Below are positions 17,845 through 29,000 of a DNA stretch of 30,770 nt, in pieces. The stretch spans positions 1 to 30,770 of the forward strand of contig JBHLQM010000039.1 in the NCBI GenBank assembly GCA_048884785.1, given 5' to 3'. Both the position numbers and the translations under genes were made by a program. A model generated the notes under the pieces. The model made no database searches and was not told the origin of the DNA. It was given only the letters and a program-made list of their open reading frames with translations. Within the stretch, counting starts at the first letter, position 1. Each line of letters opens with the position of its first letter. Source of the stretch: Candidatus Thorarchaeota archaeon. GTDB lineage: Archaea > Asgardarchaeota > Thorarchaeia > Thorarchaeales > Thorarchaeaceae.

Positions 17845-18099
17845 TTATTCCTCCTCATCGTCTCCAGAACTCTCTTCCCATAGTCTTCCGAGCTGAAGCA
17901 ATGCAATGACAATTTCCGAGCCTTTGAGTCGCTTTGCGAGGTATTCCACTGATTCAGAAATAGTGTCTTCATGCTCCCAGGCGTCGTATGCGACCTCAAT
18001 GACAGAATCCATCCGCGATGCGGCGATACCGAAAGCTTCAGCTAGAAGATCTGCATTATGAGAGGTGATTGTTAATGTTCCAAGATTGTAGTCGGTCAT
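17845..18099 (-). CDS. Small acidic hypothetical protein (84 aa)
   Basis: Non-overlapping ORF with a GTGATG SD-like element and a TTATATA box about 32 nt upstream. No family recognised. Confidence 0.7.
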   Translation of the reverse strand: MTDYNLGTLTITSHNADLLAEAFGIAASRMDSVIEVAYDAWEHEDTISESVEYLAKRLKGSEIVIALLQLGRLWEESSGDDEEE

Positions 18100-18247
18100 T
18101 TACATCACATAGACTAGCATGGATGCCTGCTATATAATTTAGACTACTGGCCGGCTATAGAGCTAGAAAGACAATCCACCAAATAAACTATGGTTATGTC
18201 CATAGAATTATTAGTTAAAACATGCTGACCAACTCAGGGTGGAACCA

Positions 18248-19273
18248 ATGGCGCATGACAAGGTGTACGATACAATCATCATTGGAGGTGGTCCTGCAGG
18301 CTGTTCGGCTGCACAACATCTCGCATATCACAAACGATCCGTCCTCGTGCTCGATCGTGGGACGAGTCCGATGCACTTCCACACAAATTCGATAATGAAC
18401 CTTGCAGGAGAAACCTATTCCGAAGGGAGATCCCTTTTAAGAAAATTGCAGGGTGTAGCCAAATCGGCCGGAGCCAAGTTCATTGAAGCTGATGTAGTCG
18501 ATGTTTGCGGTGAGTATCCAAGTTTCAAAATCAAAACTGCACCAAGTTACAGGACAAAGGATGAATCCACCTATTATTGTCGTACGCTAATCTTCGCAAC
18601 CGGAACATCACGAAAACATCCAAAGGTTAACGGACAGTGGCGAAAATGGCTTCCTGTGGCGAACGTCGGCAACGGTGCCTATTATTGCCCTGATTGTGAG
18701 GCTCCTCTCTGCAAGGACAAAGAGGTCCTTGTTGTAAACGTTGGCACAGTTGGCAGTGCTCTTCATGTTGCAAACTCGCTTTCACGTTTCACCAAGAAGA
18801 TCAAAATCCTGATGACAGAAGATGCCTACATATCATTAGAAAAACAGGACTTAACAAAGCTTGATGCATCGCCTTTTCAATGGACATCAGGAAAGATTAA
18901 GCAGATAGACTTTCCAGTTCCGGGCAGACTTCAGAGCGTTACACTTCAGTCTGGAGAGGCAATCCGTTCAGATGTGTTCTTTGTTGCATTCGTTGCAGAA
19001 CCACGGACGCAACTCGCAAAATCAATTGGCGTTGAACTGGATGCCAGAGGGAATATACTTACAGACCACCGAGGCAAGACAAATGTTGAAGGAGTATGGG
19101 CCGCTGGGGATTGTAGGCCGATTACTCAACAAGTTGCCACAGCAATAGGAACTGGCAACTATGCAGCGCTCATGGCAAACCAATTCCTAGGAAATGAACA
19201 CGAGAGAGAAGAGATTTTCGATCATCCTGAGTGCAGAACTGCACTTCACATTGATGACATCCCACCAGGATGA
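18248..19273 (+). CDS. Thioredoxin-reductase-like FAD-dependent oxidoreductase
   Basis: IIGGGPAG, IFATG, YYCPDCE, TNVEGVWAAGD, QVATAIGTG. ATG 18248 follows GGGTGG (the track uses GTG 18239). Confidence 0.88.
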   Translation: MAHDKVYDTIIIGGGPAGCSAAQHLAYHKRSVLVLDRGTSPMHFHTNSIMNLAGETYSEGRSLLRKLQGVAKSAGAKFIEADVVDVCGEYPSFKIKTAPSYRTKDESTYYCRTLIFATGTSRKHPKVNGQWRKWLPVANVGNGAYYCPDCEAPLCKDKEVLVVNVGTVGSALHVANSLSRFTKKIKILMTEDAYISLEKQDLTKLDASPFQWTSGKIKQIDFPVPGRLQSVTLQSGEAIRSDVFFVAFVAEPRTQLAKSIGVELDARGNILTDHRGKTNVEGVWAAGDCRPITQQVATAIGTGNYAALMANQFLGNEHEREEIFDHPECRTALHIDDIPPG

Positions 19274-19283
19274 AACTCGATTT

Positions 19284-22211
19284 CTAATATCTGATCCTTG
19301 AAGCTACATGACCTGGCAATTTTGATTCGGTGAGAACCTGATTGCGTTCCTCCTCAGTGAACCTTGCCGCATCACACAATCTCTTGAAGGTTTCTTTGAG
19401 GTTAAGCTTCTCCATAATCTCAGGAGCATAGTTCACTCGATTGATATATGCGCCAGCAAGCAGTATCTTCTGACGCCGAGGCGCATCATCCCTGGTCATG
19501 GTTTCAAAGACAACAGTATCAAGTGCACCAAATAGGCCGGCAACCCACACATTATGAATTCGCTCTGTCCATACTGCGACAGCAAGCTCCCTCGTAATCC
19601 TGTTAATACGGGCTGAGTCAATGGTGATTCTGTATCCTCCATATACTCTTTCATAGCGTTGAGAAGCCAGAAGCAGTTTGGCACGCAACTCAGGGTTCGC
19701 TAAGACTTTCAATGCAAACCGCATGAAGTTTTCATTATTTAACGCCTTGTCAATGATTGCCTTTAGCTGTGGAAACATGGGTATCTTTGTGAGTTCATAG
19801 AGAGATTGTGCCAATACCGTCGGATTATGATGTGGTATGTCTTCTAATATTCTCCGCGTAAGGAAGTTTGATGAAGTGACTAGCTTCATATCTTCCTCTG
19901 GTTCAATTGGTAAATCTGAAACCATGTTTTTGATAGCTGATTGAATCCTTGGCCGGTAAGTATCTTCAAGCGGTTTTAGTGTAGTCTTCAAAAGCTCCGA
20001 AACTTCCTTGGTAGATCCATATGTTGAGGCTCTGAGCAGCTGAGAATACTCAGCAAGTTCCTCCATACTAAGCTCACCAACCTTCTTTTCACCCATAAAG
20101 AAAGCATGAACTTTTTCAAGCATTTTCTTCGCAATATCTACATTCTTGATTTTCTCAGCACTTCTTAGAAGGGCTTCAACATAGGGTCTGGACATGTCCA
20201 TTTCGATGGTACCGCCAAAACCTGACAGAATGTCTGCTGCGTCAAGGATATCCATGATGAATGTCTTGGTTTCAGGTTGAGACTTCTTTGCTGCATCCTG
20301 CAGGAATTTTTTGAGATTCATATTTGTCGGATCGCTAAGAAGTTCCTCAGCAATTGGAGTGATTATCATAGATTGGTCTTCATCTGACAACTTCAGAGCA
20401 TCAACATATGCATTCAGTCTTTTGAAAAGACCTTGTGCAGCCAGTTTTGCGACAACGAGCTGAATCAATTCATTTCGATGCGAGATGTCTAAGAGATTAG
20501 TTAATTCAGTTATTTTCTTCAGCGTTTTGGCATTTGAAACAAAAACAGCAGCAGCGTCTTTAGCTCCAATATCCCAAAGGGTGTTAATCTTTAGTTTCTC
20601 ATCATCAAATGCTTCTATCAGATATGCAAAGACTTTGATGGCATGGGCATCTTCTCTGATGGATTTGGTCAGAGCACGTATACCATCCCTTAACTGAAGA
20701 CATAGTGTAAGGGCTTCATCAGCAAGATCCTGATCATTTAGATTAACAATTAGCTTCACTGCTGCCTGGGAATATCCTGATTCCTTTAACTTAACAAATT
20801 GAGCCGCAGCAGACTCTAAATTGCCCTTTTGAATTTCAGAGAGAATTGAAGTTCTGCGATAGTCAACCTCCATATTCAGATGCCTATATACACGCGAAGC
20901 AGATTCAAAATCACCAACACTGTCATACTTATTCGCTACTTTGGTTAGACTCTCAGTTACACGTGGCCCTAGGTTCATGATTTGCTGAATCATAGGTTCT
21001 GGGAGTCCCAATTGAATAGCCATTCTAATAGCTGAGTTGTGCATCCTTCTATTGCAAAATATCTCAAACGCTAATTTCTTATCTTCTTCATCTCCAGCTT
21101 CTAGCTTTTTGGCACTCAAGATGTCTTTCGAACCTTTGACTCTTGACCTTCGCATATAATCGGTGACCGGAATTGCCACAACGAGTGCTGGTAGGAATAT
21201 AAGCAAAACAGGCAATTGCCATCCAGCTGACGCAACTATTGCACCATTATATAATGTGCGAGGCGACAATTCATTAGATAGGTGAAGAATCACGTGAAGA
21301 TAAATCGTCCTGCTTACAAGTGATAAATCGGACATTTCGTAGTAGTATGTATATTGGTTTTCCCCAGGTTCAATCTCTATCTCTTCTTGCAGAACTATAG
21401 TATCATCAAGTTCAATGGAGAGCAAAGCCGATAATTGCGATGCCTCCCTGTTGAATACACCAATATTCAATTGCCAAAGCCCAACTTGAGGGGTTGCAGG
21501 AACATAGACTGAAACAATTGGTGCCAAAAGCGCTCGTGTTGATAAAATCGCCATTGCAGGGGAATATTCTGCACCAACTGGTCTGTAGTCTAATCTGTAA
21601 TTGCCAACCGAAGCATTGCTGGGCAGGAGAAGGTTGATTGTGGCAATTTGCCCATCCAGCGATATAGCAATCCCTGACTGCACTATTTGTCCTGTCGGAT
21701 TTCTCAACCAGAACTCGACCAGATCAATGTCAACAGGGTTGCTTTCTATGTCTATGAATCCGAATTGAACTTCATATGGAATTCCAAAAACCAAGTTTCC
21801 CAATGTTTCAATAAATCCATCAGGGGGCATTACTTCAATGTCAAGGGTGAATTCCTCCAGAGTTTCAACCACCCAATATGTAACTGTATAGGTTCCTTCA
21901 GGGGAATCATGTGGAAATGAGAAGGTCTTATCTGCGAAACCCGAACCATCTCTAGCGCAGTAACCAGTTTCGATTAATGCGTCTGAAGGATCTGTAAAAT
22001 TATAGCCATAGAGAGACCCTGAGAGGGAACCTCCGCTCAGTGTGACATCAACAGATGAGCCAATCGAAGCCTGAATAGGTGGCAACTGAGAAACAGTGTT
22101 TTGACAAAAGGTTGCATCTGAGGCTTGAGCTGAGTGTCCAGTTTCAGTGAATAACGCTCCTGCAAAAAAGAGTGTGATTAAGATAAGAGAAATGAATGTG
22201 CGCCGATTCAT
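19284..22211 (-). CDS. Type I membrane protein: signal peptide, beta-rich (Ig-like) ectodomain, one TM helix, ~620-aa helical cytoplasmic region
   Basis: N-terminal MNRRTFISLILITLFFAG; beta-strand motifs GTYTVTY and GNYRLDY; TM WQLPVLLIFLPALVVAIPV (from aa 331) followed by MRRSRVK; TPR/solenoid-like helical repeats after that. Confidence 0.82.
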   Translation of the reverse strand: MNRRTFISLILITLFFAGALFTETGHSAQASDATFCQNTVSQLPPIQASIGSSVDVTLSGGSLSGSLYGYNFTDPSDALIETGYCARDGSGFADKTFSFPHDSPEGTYTVTYWVVETLEEFTLDIEVMPPDGFIETLGNLVFGIPYEVQFGFIDIESNPVDIDLVEFWLRNPTGQIVQSGIAISLDGQIATINLLLPSNASVGNYRLDYRPVGAEYSPAMAILSTRALLAPIVSVYVPATPQVGLWQLNIGVFNREASQLSALLSIELDDTIVLQEEIEIEPGENQYTYYYEMSDLSLVSRTIYLHVILHLSNELSPRTLYNGAIVASAGWQLPVLLIFLPALVVAIPVTDYMRRSRVKGSKDILSAKKLEAGDEEDKKLAFEIFCNRRMHNSAIRMAIQLGLPEPMIQQIMNLGPRVTESLTKVANKYDSVGDFESASRVYRHLNMEVDYRRTSILSEIQKGNLESAAAQFVKLKESGYSQAAVKLIVNLNDQDLADEALTLCLQLRDGIRALTKSIREDAHAIKVFAYLIEAFDDEKLKINTLWDIGAKDAAAVFVSNAKTLKKITELTNLLDISHRNELIQLVVAKLAAQGLFKRLNAYVDALKLSDEDQSMIITPIAEELLSDPTNMNLKKFLQDAAKKSQPETKTFIMDILDAADILSGFGGTIEMDMSRPYVEALLRSAEKIKNVDIAKKMLEKVHAFFMGEKKVGELSMEELAEYSQLLRASTYGSTKEVSELLKTTLKPLEDTYRPRIQSAIKNMVSDLPIEPEEDMKLVTSSNFLTRRILEDIPHHNPTVLAQSLYELTKIPMFPQLKAIIDKALNNENFMRFALKVLANPELRAKLLLASQRYERVYGGYRITIDSARINRITRELAVAVWTERIHNVWVAGLFGALDTVVFETMTRDDAPRRQKILLAGAYINRVNYAPEIMEKLNLKETFKRLCDAARFTEEERNQVLTESKLPGHVASRIRY

Positions 22212-22714
22212 TTAGTTTCCTCCTCTTCCTCTTCACTCTTCAAGTCAAACGAACCATCCTTTTTTACAACCAATTCGAAGTCAGCGAACTCATCATCCGG
22301 AACTTCAACATCTCCAAAAATGAGCGGCTCTTTAACCGAAGTCGGAGGTGCTTCATCTGACACTTTGGGTTTGGGTGTCTCAGGTTCATCAGGGAATACC
22401 AGTTCAATGGGAACATCATCAATCTCGACTGGTTCTTCAAACAGTTGGTCCTTCTCCTCACTAGGCTTGATTCTTTCTGTCTTCTTCTTTTTACGCGTAC
22501 TCCGTTTTGAGTCGGCTGGAGCAGCTGATGATTCTGTTACAGTGGACGCCAGTACACTATCTAATGATTCAGAAGACTCCATACTTCTAATCAGAATATT
22601 CAATCTTTGTGATATTCGCGCAATTCCAAGGAACTCAAGTACAACAATAGCAGTAAGAATCGCAGGTAGCGCCGTTGCCAATACTGTGAGTACTAGCTCA
22701 AGGGCTTGCAGCAT
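22208..22714 (-). CDS. Membrane-anchored protein with acidic, Pro-rich, probably disordered tail
   Basis: N-terminal hydrophobic segment followed by S/E/D/P/K-rich low-complexity sequence. ATG 22714 follows a GAGGGGTG SD. ATGA overlap with the downstream gene. Confidence 0.75.
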   Translation of the reverse strand: MLQALELVLTVLATALPAILTAIVVLEFLGIARISQRLNILIRSMESSESLDSVLASTVTESSAAPADSKRSTRKKKKTERIKPSEEKDQLFEEPVEIDDVPIELVFPDEPETPKPKVSDEAPPTSVKEPLIFGDVEVPDDEFADFELVVKKDGSFDLKSEEEEEETK

Positions 22715-23013
22715 CGACCACACCCCTCTGAAAATACACAGTGATGAAACTGATTATGTTTGACTTAGAACGGTTTGATATTATGCCAATATCCCTCAAT
22801 TCAGTGCAGGCTCCCATAACTCATATCTAGCCTAACATCCTGCCTATTTACTTTTACTCATCATATTCTGAAGGCACAAATTATTTAGCATTGTGTCTCT
22901 AATTGTAGCTAAGCTGTGGCATAGCCACTTGTGGCATCCATAGTGATGAAAATGGGCATGGTTGCAGAAAAGGCCGCTGAGTGACATTGAATAATGCCAC
23001 GAGGGATGTTGGA

Positions 23014-26000
23014 GTGACAAGAAAAATACTGATTCTCGCTTTATTTGCCATGGCTATGATTGTTCCATCCATATTGATTACACCTGAAGTATTCATGTCC
23101 CCAGCTTCAGAAGCAGGCGATGATTCAATTCCAATCGAGTATGAATCACATTTCACTTCTGCATGGTTGCTTGGATGGCAGTATAGAAAGGCACACATAA
23201 TTAGAGGAGAATCTGGAGTGGGATCTGGATATCAGGTTCGGATTTCCGTACGTTATGGCTCTGGAATAGATAGCTCTGATAATGTATACCTAGATTCCAA
23301 ATGTCAGACTGATTTTGATGATATTCGGTTTACTAACGACGACCAGACAACACTCCTGCCTTACTGGAGGGAATCCTATTCCTCTTCCAACTACGCAAAT
23401 TTCTGGGTCAAAATCGAGGATAGTCTTGATTCGGATGTCACAATTTTCCTATATTATGGAAATTCAACAGCCACAAGTCTAAGTGATGCAGACTTGGTTT
23501 TTGATATGTACGATGGCTTCGATAGAGCAGATTCAGCCTCAGTTGGAAATGGTTGGATGGAAGATGAAGGGCCAAGTCCGGGTGCAACATCTATCAGCTC
23601 AAATCAACTTAGAATATACCAGTATCAGGACTACTACTGTCATATAGAAAAGCCTGCCCCATCTTTATCGAATTTGGTTTTCCAAGGAAAATTGTACCAT
23701 GGCTCTTATTCTGGTGCCAGCTGGATGCCATCAATTCATGTCTATTGGGATACATACGATTGGATTAGAATTGGATCTGGTTCATCCCACCAAGCAGTGT
23801 ATAATGACGGAGGAAATCCAGCAGGATATTCATCCGGATCTGCGTCAACAAATACTTGGTACTATTATCGGATAAGATTGACTGATGATTATGCATATGC
23901 AGACTATTCAACTGATGGGATAACTTGGGTTAATGTATTAACGCATGCCAGGGCGGTTTCTTGGGAAGGACCTCCAGCATTGGTTCTTATCGGGAAGGGA
24001 TACAGTGGTAGTCCCAATTATCCGAATGTGGACCTTGACAACAATTATGCAACTACAGCCTCTATTGGCACTCACTATGGTGACGATGTTTTTGTAAGAA
24101 AATATGTAAGTTCAGCTGAACCAAATCAGGGTGAATGGGGAGGTGAAGTGACTGAGGATTCAGAGAACTGGCTATCTGGTTGGCAATATAGAAAATCTCA
24201 TACTATTCAGGGCAGCCTCGGGGCTGGACAAGGGTATCAGGTAAGGGTTGTTGTTCACTACGGGTTTGGTACAGATGAGAGTGAACATGTATATCTGGGC
24301 GGTAAGTGCAACTCAGATTTCTCTGATATCCGGTTTATAGACACGACCAATCTTTTGCAGCTTGGATATTGGCTTCAGGAGAAAGCGGATAGTAATTATG
24401 CAGTGTTTTGGGTAAGAATTTCTAAGGACTTGGGTTCAGAACAATCATTCTATTTGTATTACGGTAACATCTTCTCAGAGTCTGAGAGCAATGGGGATGC
24501 AACCTTCATGTTTTTCGATGACTTCAATGACGGAGTGTTTGATAGTACCACTTGGATGGAATGGAGCACTCTCACCGCCGGGACACCATCCGAGGCAAAT
24601 GGTCTGATGACCTATACGAACCCAAGTGGGTGGGGAAGTCTTGGAACTGTGAACAAGCTATTTCCCATCAACACCGCATTTGGGGGCTATGGCAAAACCT
24701 CCGCAGACAGCAACTACTGGTGGTTCAATCGTCATGGATGTGGAAATCCGGTAACGGGCCAAATTGCAATCGGTTATGATGGAGCCTATGGCGGAGCCCA
24801 ATATGAGGCCCGTGATGTCGATACTACCTATACTGCAAGGTCAACTGTATATACGAGCTTTGTGTCGTTTGAGGTCCAGTGGATGCCTGGCAAGGCCAGG
24901 TTCTATGAGGAGGGTTCACTCAAGGCGACCCTGACATCCAATGTCCCGAACAATGGAGACCTGGGGATTGGTATGATCGTGAGCGGGACCCACACACTCT
25001 CATGGGACTGGGTTTATATCAGGAAGTGCATTGATGCCGAACCAAACCATGGGGAATGGGGTTCCGAGGAATATACGGCCCAAGCCAATCAACCCTCCGG
25101 GTGGCTGTCAGGATGGGAGTTCAGAAAGATACTGCAAATTGATGCAGGTTTAGGAGCAGGTACGAATTATCAGCTTCGTTTCAATGTATATTATGGGCAA
25201 GGGGTCGATATCGGAAGTACAGTATATTGCAACTTTAAATGCAAAGCTGATTTCAGTGATATCAGATTCACAAGCTCCAATGGAACAACGGTATTAGATC
25301 ATTGGGTTGAGCGATACACAGAGTCAAGCCTAGCAGTTATCTGGGTGGAAGTACGAGAGGATCTGGATTATAATCAGATCATTTGCTTCTATTACGGGAA
25401 TCCTGCGGCGAGGAGTGTTTCGAATGGAGCAAACACGTTCCTTATTTTCGATGATTTCGATGACGGGGTAATAACGGATTGGATTCTGGACACACCTGTA
25501 GGTTCAATCACTGAATCTAGCGGCACGCTGATATTGGAGATACCAAGTGGTGTAAATGGTAATTGGTGGTCAACTACCACCGAATTTGCGCCAATTGCCT
25601 ATCAGGCCGCACCCACAGGCAGGTGGATTGCGGAAACAAAACTGAACTCGTATTCTGTAAGCACCTATACGCATGCCGGCATCATGTTATATCAGAACAG
25701 GGATAATGTAATCAAGAGTGGAAGATACAGATCTACATCATATAATCGTCATCAGGTTGAACGAATATACCAAGATTCAGGATTGGGCACTCTGGGATAC
25801 TACTCAAGCACATCTCTTCCATCTCAGCTTCGAATACGAAATACCGGCACAACGAAATATTATGATGCTAGTGTTAATTCAGGTTCGTCCTGGTCTCAAA
25901 TGTACTCTAGCTCCTATGTGACTCCTGATTATGTGGGTCTTTTTGTCAAGAATTGGGGTACATACCCACTAGTTTCAGCTCCCTTTGATTGGTTCCATGT

Positions 26001-29000
26001 AAGAAAATTCGCCGCAACAGAACCCAGTTTTGGGTCTTGGACACCTGAACAGCAAAAGGGGTTGGATGATTGGGGATATTATAAATCGCACATTATCTCA
26101 GCAACTACTGGAGTTAACTCAGGTTATCAAATGAAAATATCTGTTAATTTTGGTATTGGAGTAGATTCTGGAGAGAATGTATACTGCAATTTCAAGTGTA
26201 AGCCGGATTTTGATGATATTAGGTTTGCAGACTCAACTAGATTAAACATGCTTGATTATTGGAGGGAATCATACACCCTCGGCACTAAAGCAACCTTTTG
26301 GGTTGAGTTGAATGAACCATTGGATGAAGATAGGACAATCTACATGTACTATGGAAATGCAGATGCCAACACTACCAGTGATGGCTTTGAAACAATGTCA
26401 CGATGGGCAAGCTACAATGCTGATGACACGGAATCACCCCAATCCACGTATACATATCTGGGAGGTTCAACAATCGTAGACCAAGAGAAGCTATTCATAT
26501 CCACTAGCGGAACCTCTTATTCACAATATAGGATATTCAATCAAATTCTATCCAACGATGATCGGTTTCTGCGTGTGCGATTCCAGCCTGTTAGTTTGGG
26601 GAACAATATGTATAGATTTCAGCCGGGTATGTTCGTCTATCAAACTACGTCCCTTCAGGGAACAGCGTATTGGGCGGAGAGCCTTTTATGGGATGATGCA
26701 GGTCTCTGGCTATTCTATACAATGAGTAGCGGCTCAAGTATTCAATTCACTCCACTATCATCAACTCATATCAACCTCAATCATTGGTATGATGTCAGTT
26801 TATCAGTTTCAGGAACTTCGTGTCATGTTATGGTTTATGATGAAAACACATCATCGACAATTGTAGATACGATAACTTCTGTATACAACCATGATTCGAC
26901 AAGCTTGTATGCATCGTTTGGGCAATACTCAGGTCCCAACCCAGGTACCGTGGAAGCTTGGTATGATGATATCTATATGAGAAAATACGTTTCAACCGGA
27001 CCAGCACATGGCGATTGGGGAGACGAAACTATAAACGAAGCAGGAGTAACAGACTCACCCATTTTAATAACAAATAACCAGATGTTTCTATACTATGCCA
27101 CTCAGGGCGATGGAACGCCACAAAATCCATACGTCATGGATGGATATAACATACGCACAAGATTCACGTGTGTTGAAATCATCAACACAACAGCATATTT
27201 CATCTTGGCGAATTCAACGCTGTCATCGGGTCTTTCAATTGCTAGAGGCTGGGGATTATCATTAGCAAATGTCACAAATGGAAGAATTGTCAATACACTG
27301 ATACGATTAAAGGAAATCGGAGTACTGGTCAGTAATTGTACTGACATAAGTATCGATGGCAATTCATTGGAAAAGAATGACATCGGGATTTCTATATGTA
27401 ATGGCTCCTTCAATACCACTGTTTCGACGAATACAATTGATGATTGCACAGTAAGCTCTGTACTCTTGTCAGATGCATTGCTTTCGAATATTACGCAAAA
27501 TGAGTTTTCGAATATGGGGCTTATGATTAGTGGGAGCTTCCTCCAGAATTGGAATCATAACATCACACTCAACACCATGAATGGCAAGCCTATCCTGTAT
27601 CTCTGGAATCAAAGAGATTCCATATATGATGGAGGCACCTATTCACAGGTTATTCTTGCATTCTGTTATAATGTAACCATAACTAGCGGTCAATTTCAGA
27701 ACGTGGCTACAGGGATAATGCTCGGTTTTACAAATGACAGTCTTATCTATGATAACATCATTCGAGGCAGCGAAATCTATGGGATTTTCATATATGAAGG
27801 CCAAGACAACATTCTTGCAAATAACACAGTGTCCAATGGGAAGGGAACAGGATTATGGCTTAATGGAGCGCCAGGCTCTCAAATCACAAATAACTCAGTC
27901 TATGGTCTAGATCTATATGGGATTCTTGTCGAGAATTCATCGAGCACAGTGTCTACTGGACTCAAGGTGTGGCAAAATAGAATCGGATACAATATACTGG
28001 GGAATGCATATGACAATGGAAGCAGCAACCTCTGGGATGATGATATTTCCATTGGAAATACTTGGAATGATTACGGAGGTGCTGGTGTCTATAACATACC
28101 CGGGAATGCAAATAGTGTTGACAGGTATCCAAACCAGCTTCTGTATCCTTCACCCACAATCTCCGGTCCGAGTGACTTTCCAATTGAATTTGCTACATCA
28201 GGCAATTCTATAGAATGGACTACAGAGTCTTCATTTCCGCATAGATATGTTGCATATCAGAATGACACCCAAGTTGAAAGCAGCGATTGGTTTGGTGGCA
28301 CGCTGCTTCTTTTTGTTGATGGCTTAGCTGTGAATACCTACAACTATACAGTCATAGTATTTGACCATGCAGGATTCAACTCTAGTGATTCGGTGATCCT
28401 TACAGTGAGGGACACTCTAGCCCCTTCAATCAGCTCACCCTTGCCACTAACCTACGATTTTGGCTCTACAGGTCATACATTGTCCTGGAACATGTCTGAT
28501 CCGAGCTTCTCGTTCTATGAAATTCAAAGAAATGGCACTCATGTGGTAACAGGATATACTGCTGCTGCATTCATCAGTATTGATGGATTGGACCTTGGAA
28601 AACATAATTACTCCATAACTGCGTGTGACCTATACGGGAATAATGCATCGGATTCTATCTGGGTTACTGTAATAGATGGCACGTTTCCTCTAATAGATTC
28701 ACCTTCAGACTTCATATACGAATTTGGAATGACAGGAATTAATGTCACATGGAATCCATCAGATTTATTCCCAATCAACTATGATGTTTTGCAAAATGGT
28801 AGTTCTATTCAATCAGGGCCTTGGGACGGAGGACAAGTATCTGCAATAGCATCCCCGCTGATTATGGGGTTACACAATTTCACAGTCATCGTCACTGATG
28901 TCGGGGGCAATAATGTTTCAGACACAATCCTTGTAACTGTGGAATCTGAGGCGCCTCCTGCAATGAGCTCTCCAGATGATTTCTGGTATCAAGTTGACAC

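Noticed and set aside
22943-22980. Box C (GTGATGA) ... box D (CTGA) as a C/D guide sRNA
   Set aside because: Only 38 nt long, with no clear internal D'/C' boxes and a weak terminal stem. Kept only as part of a low-interest regulatory note.
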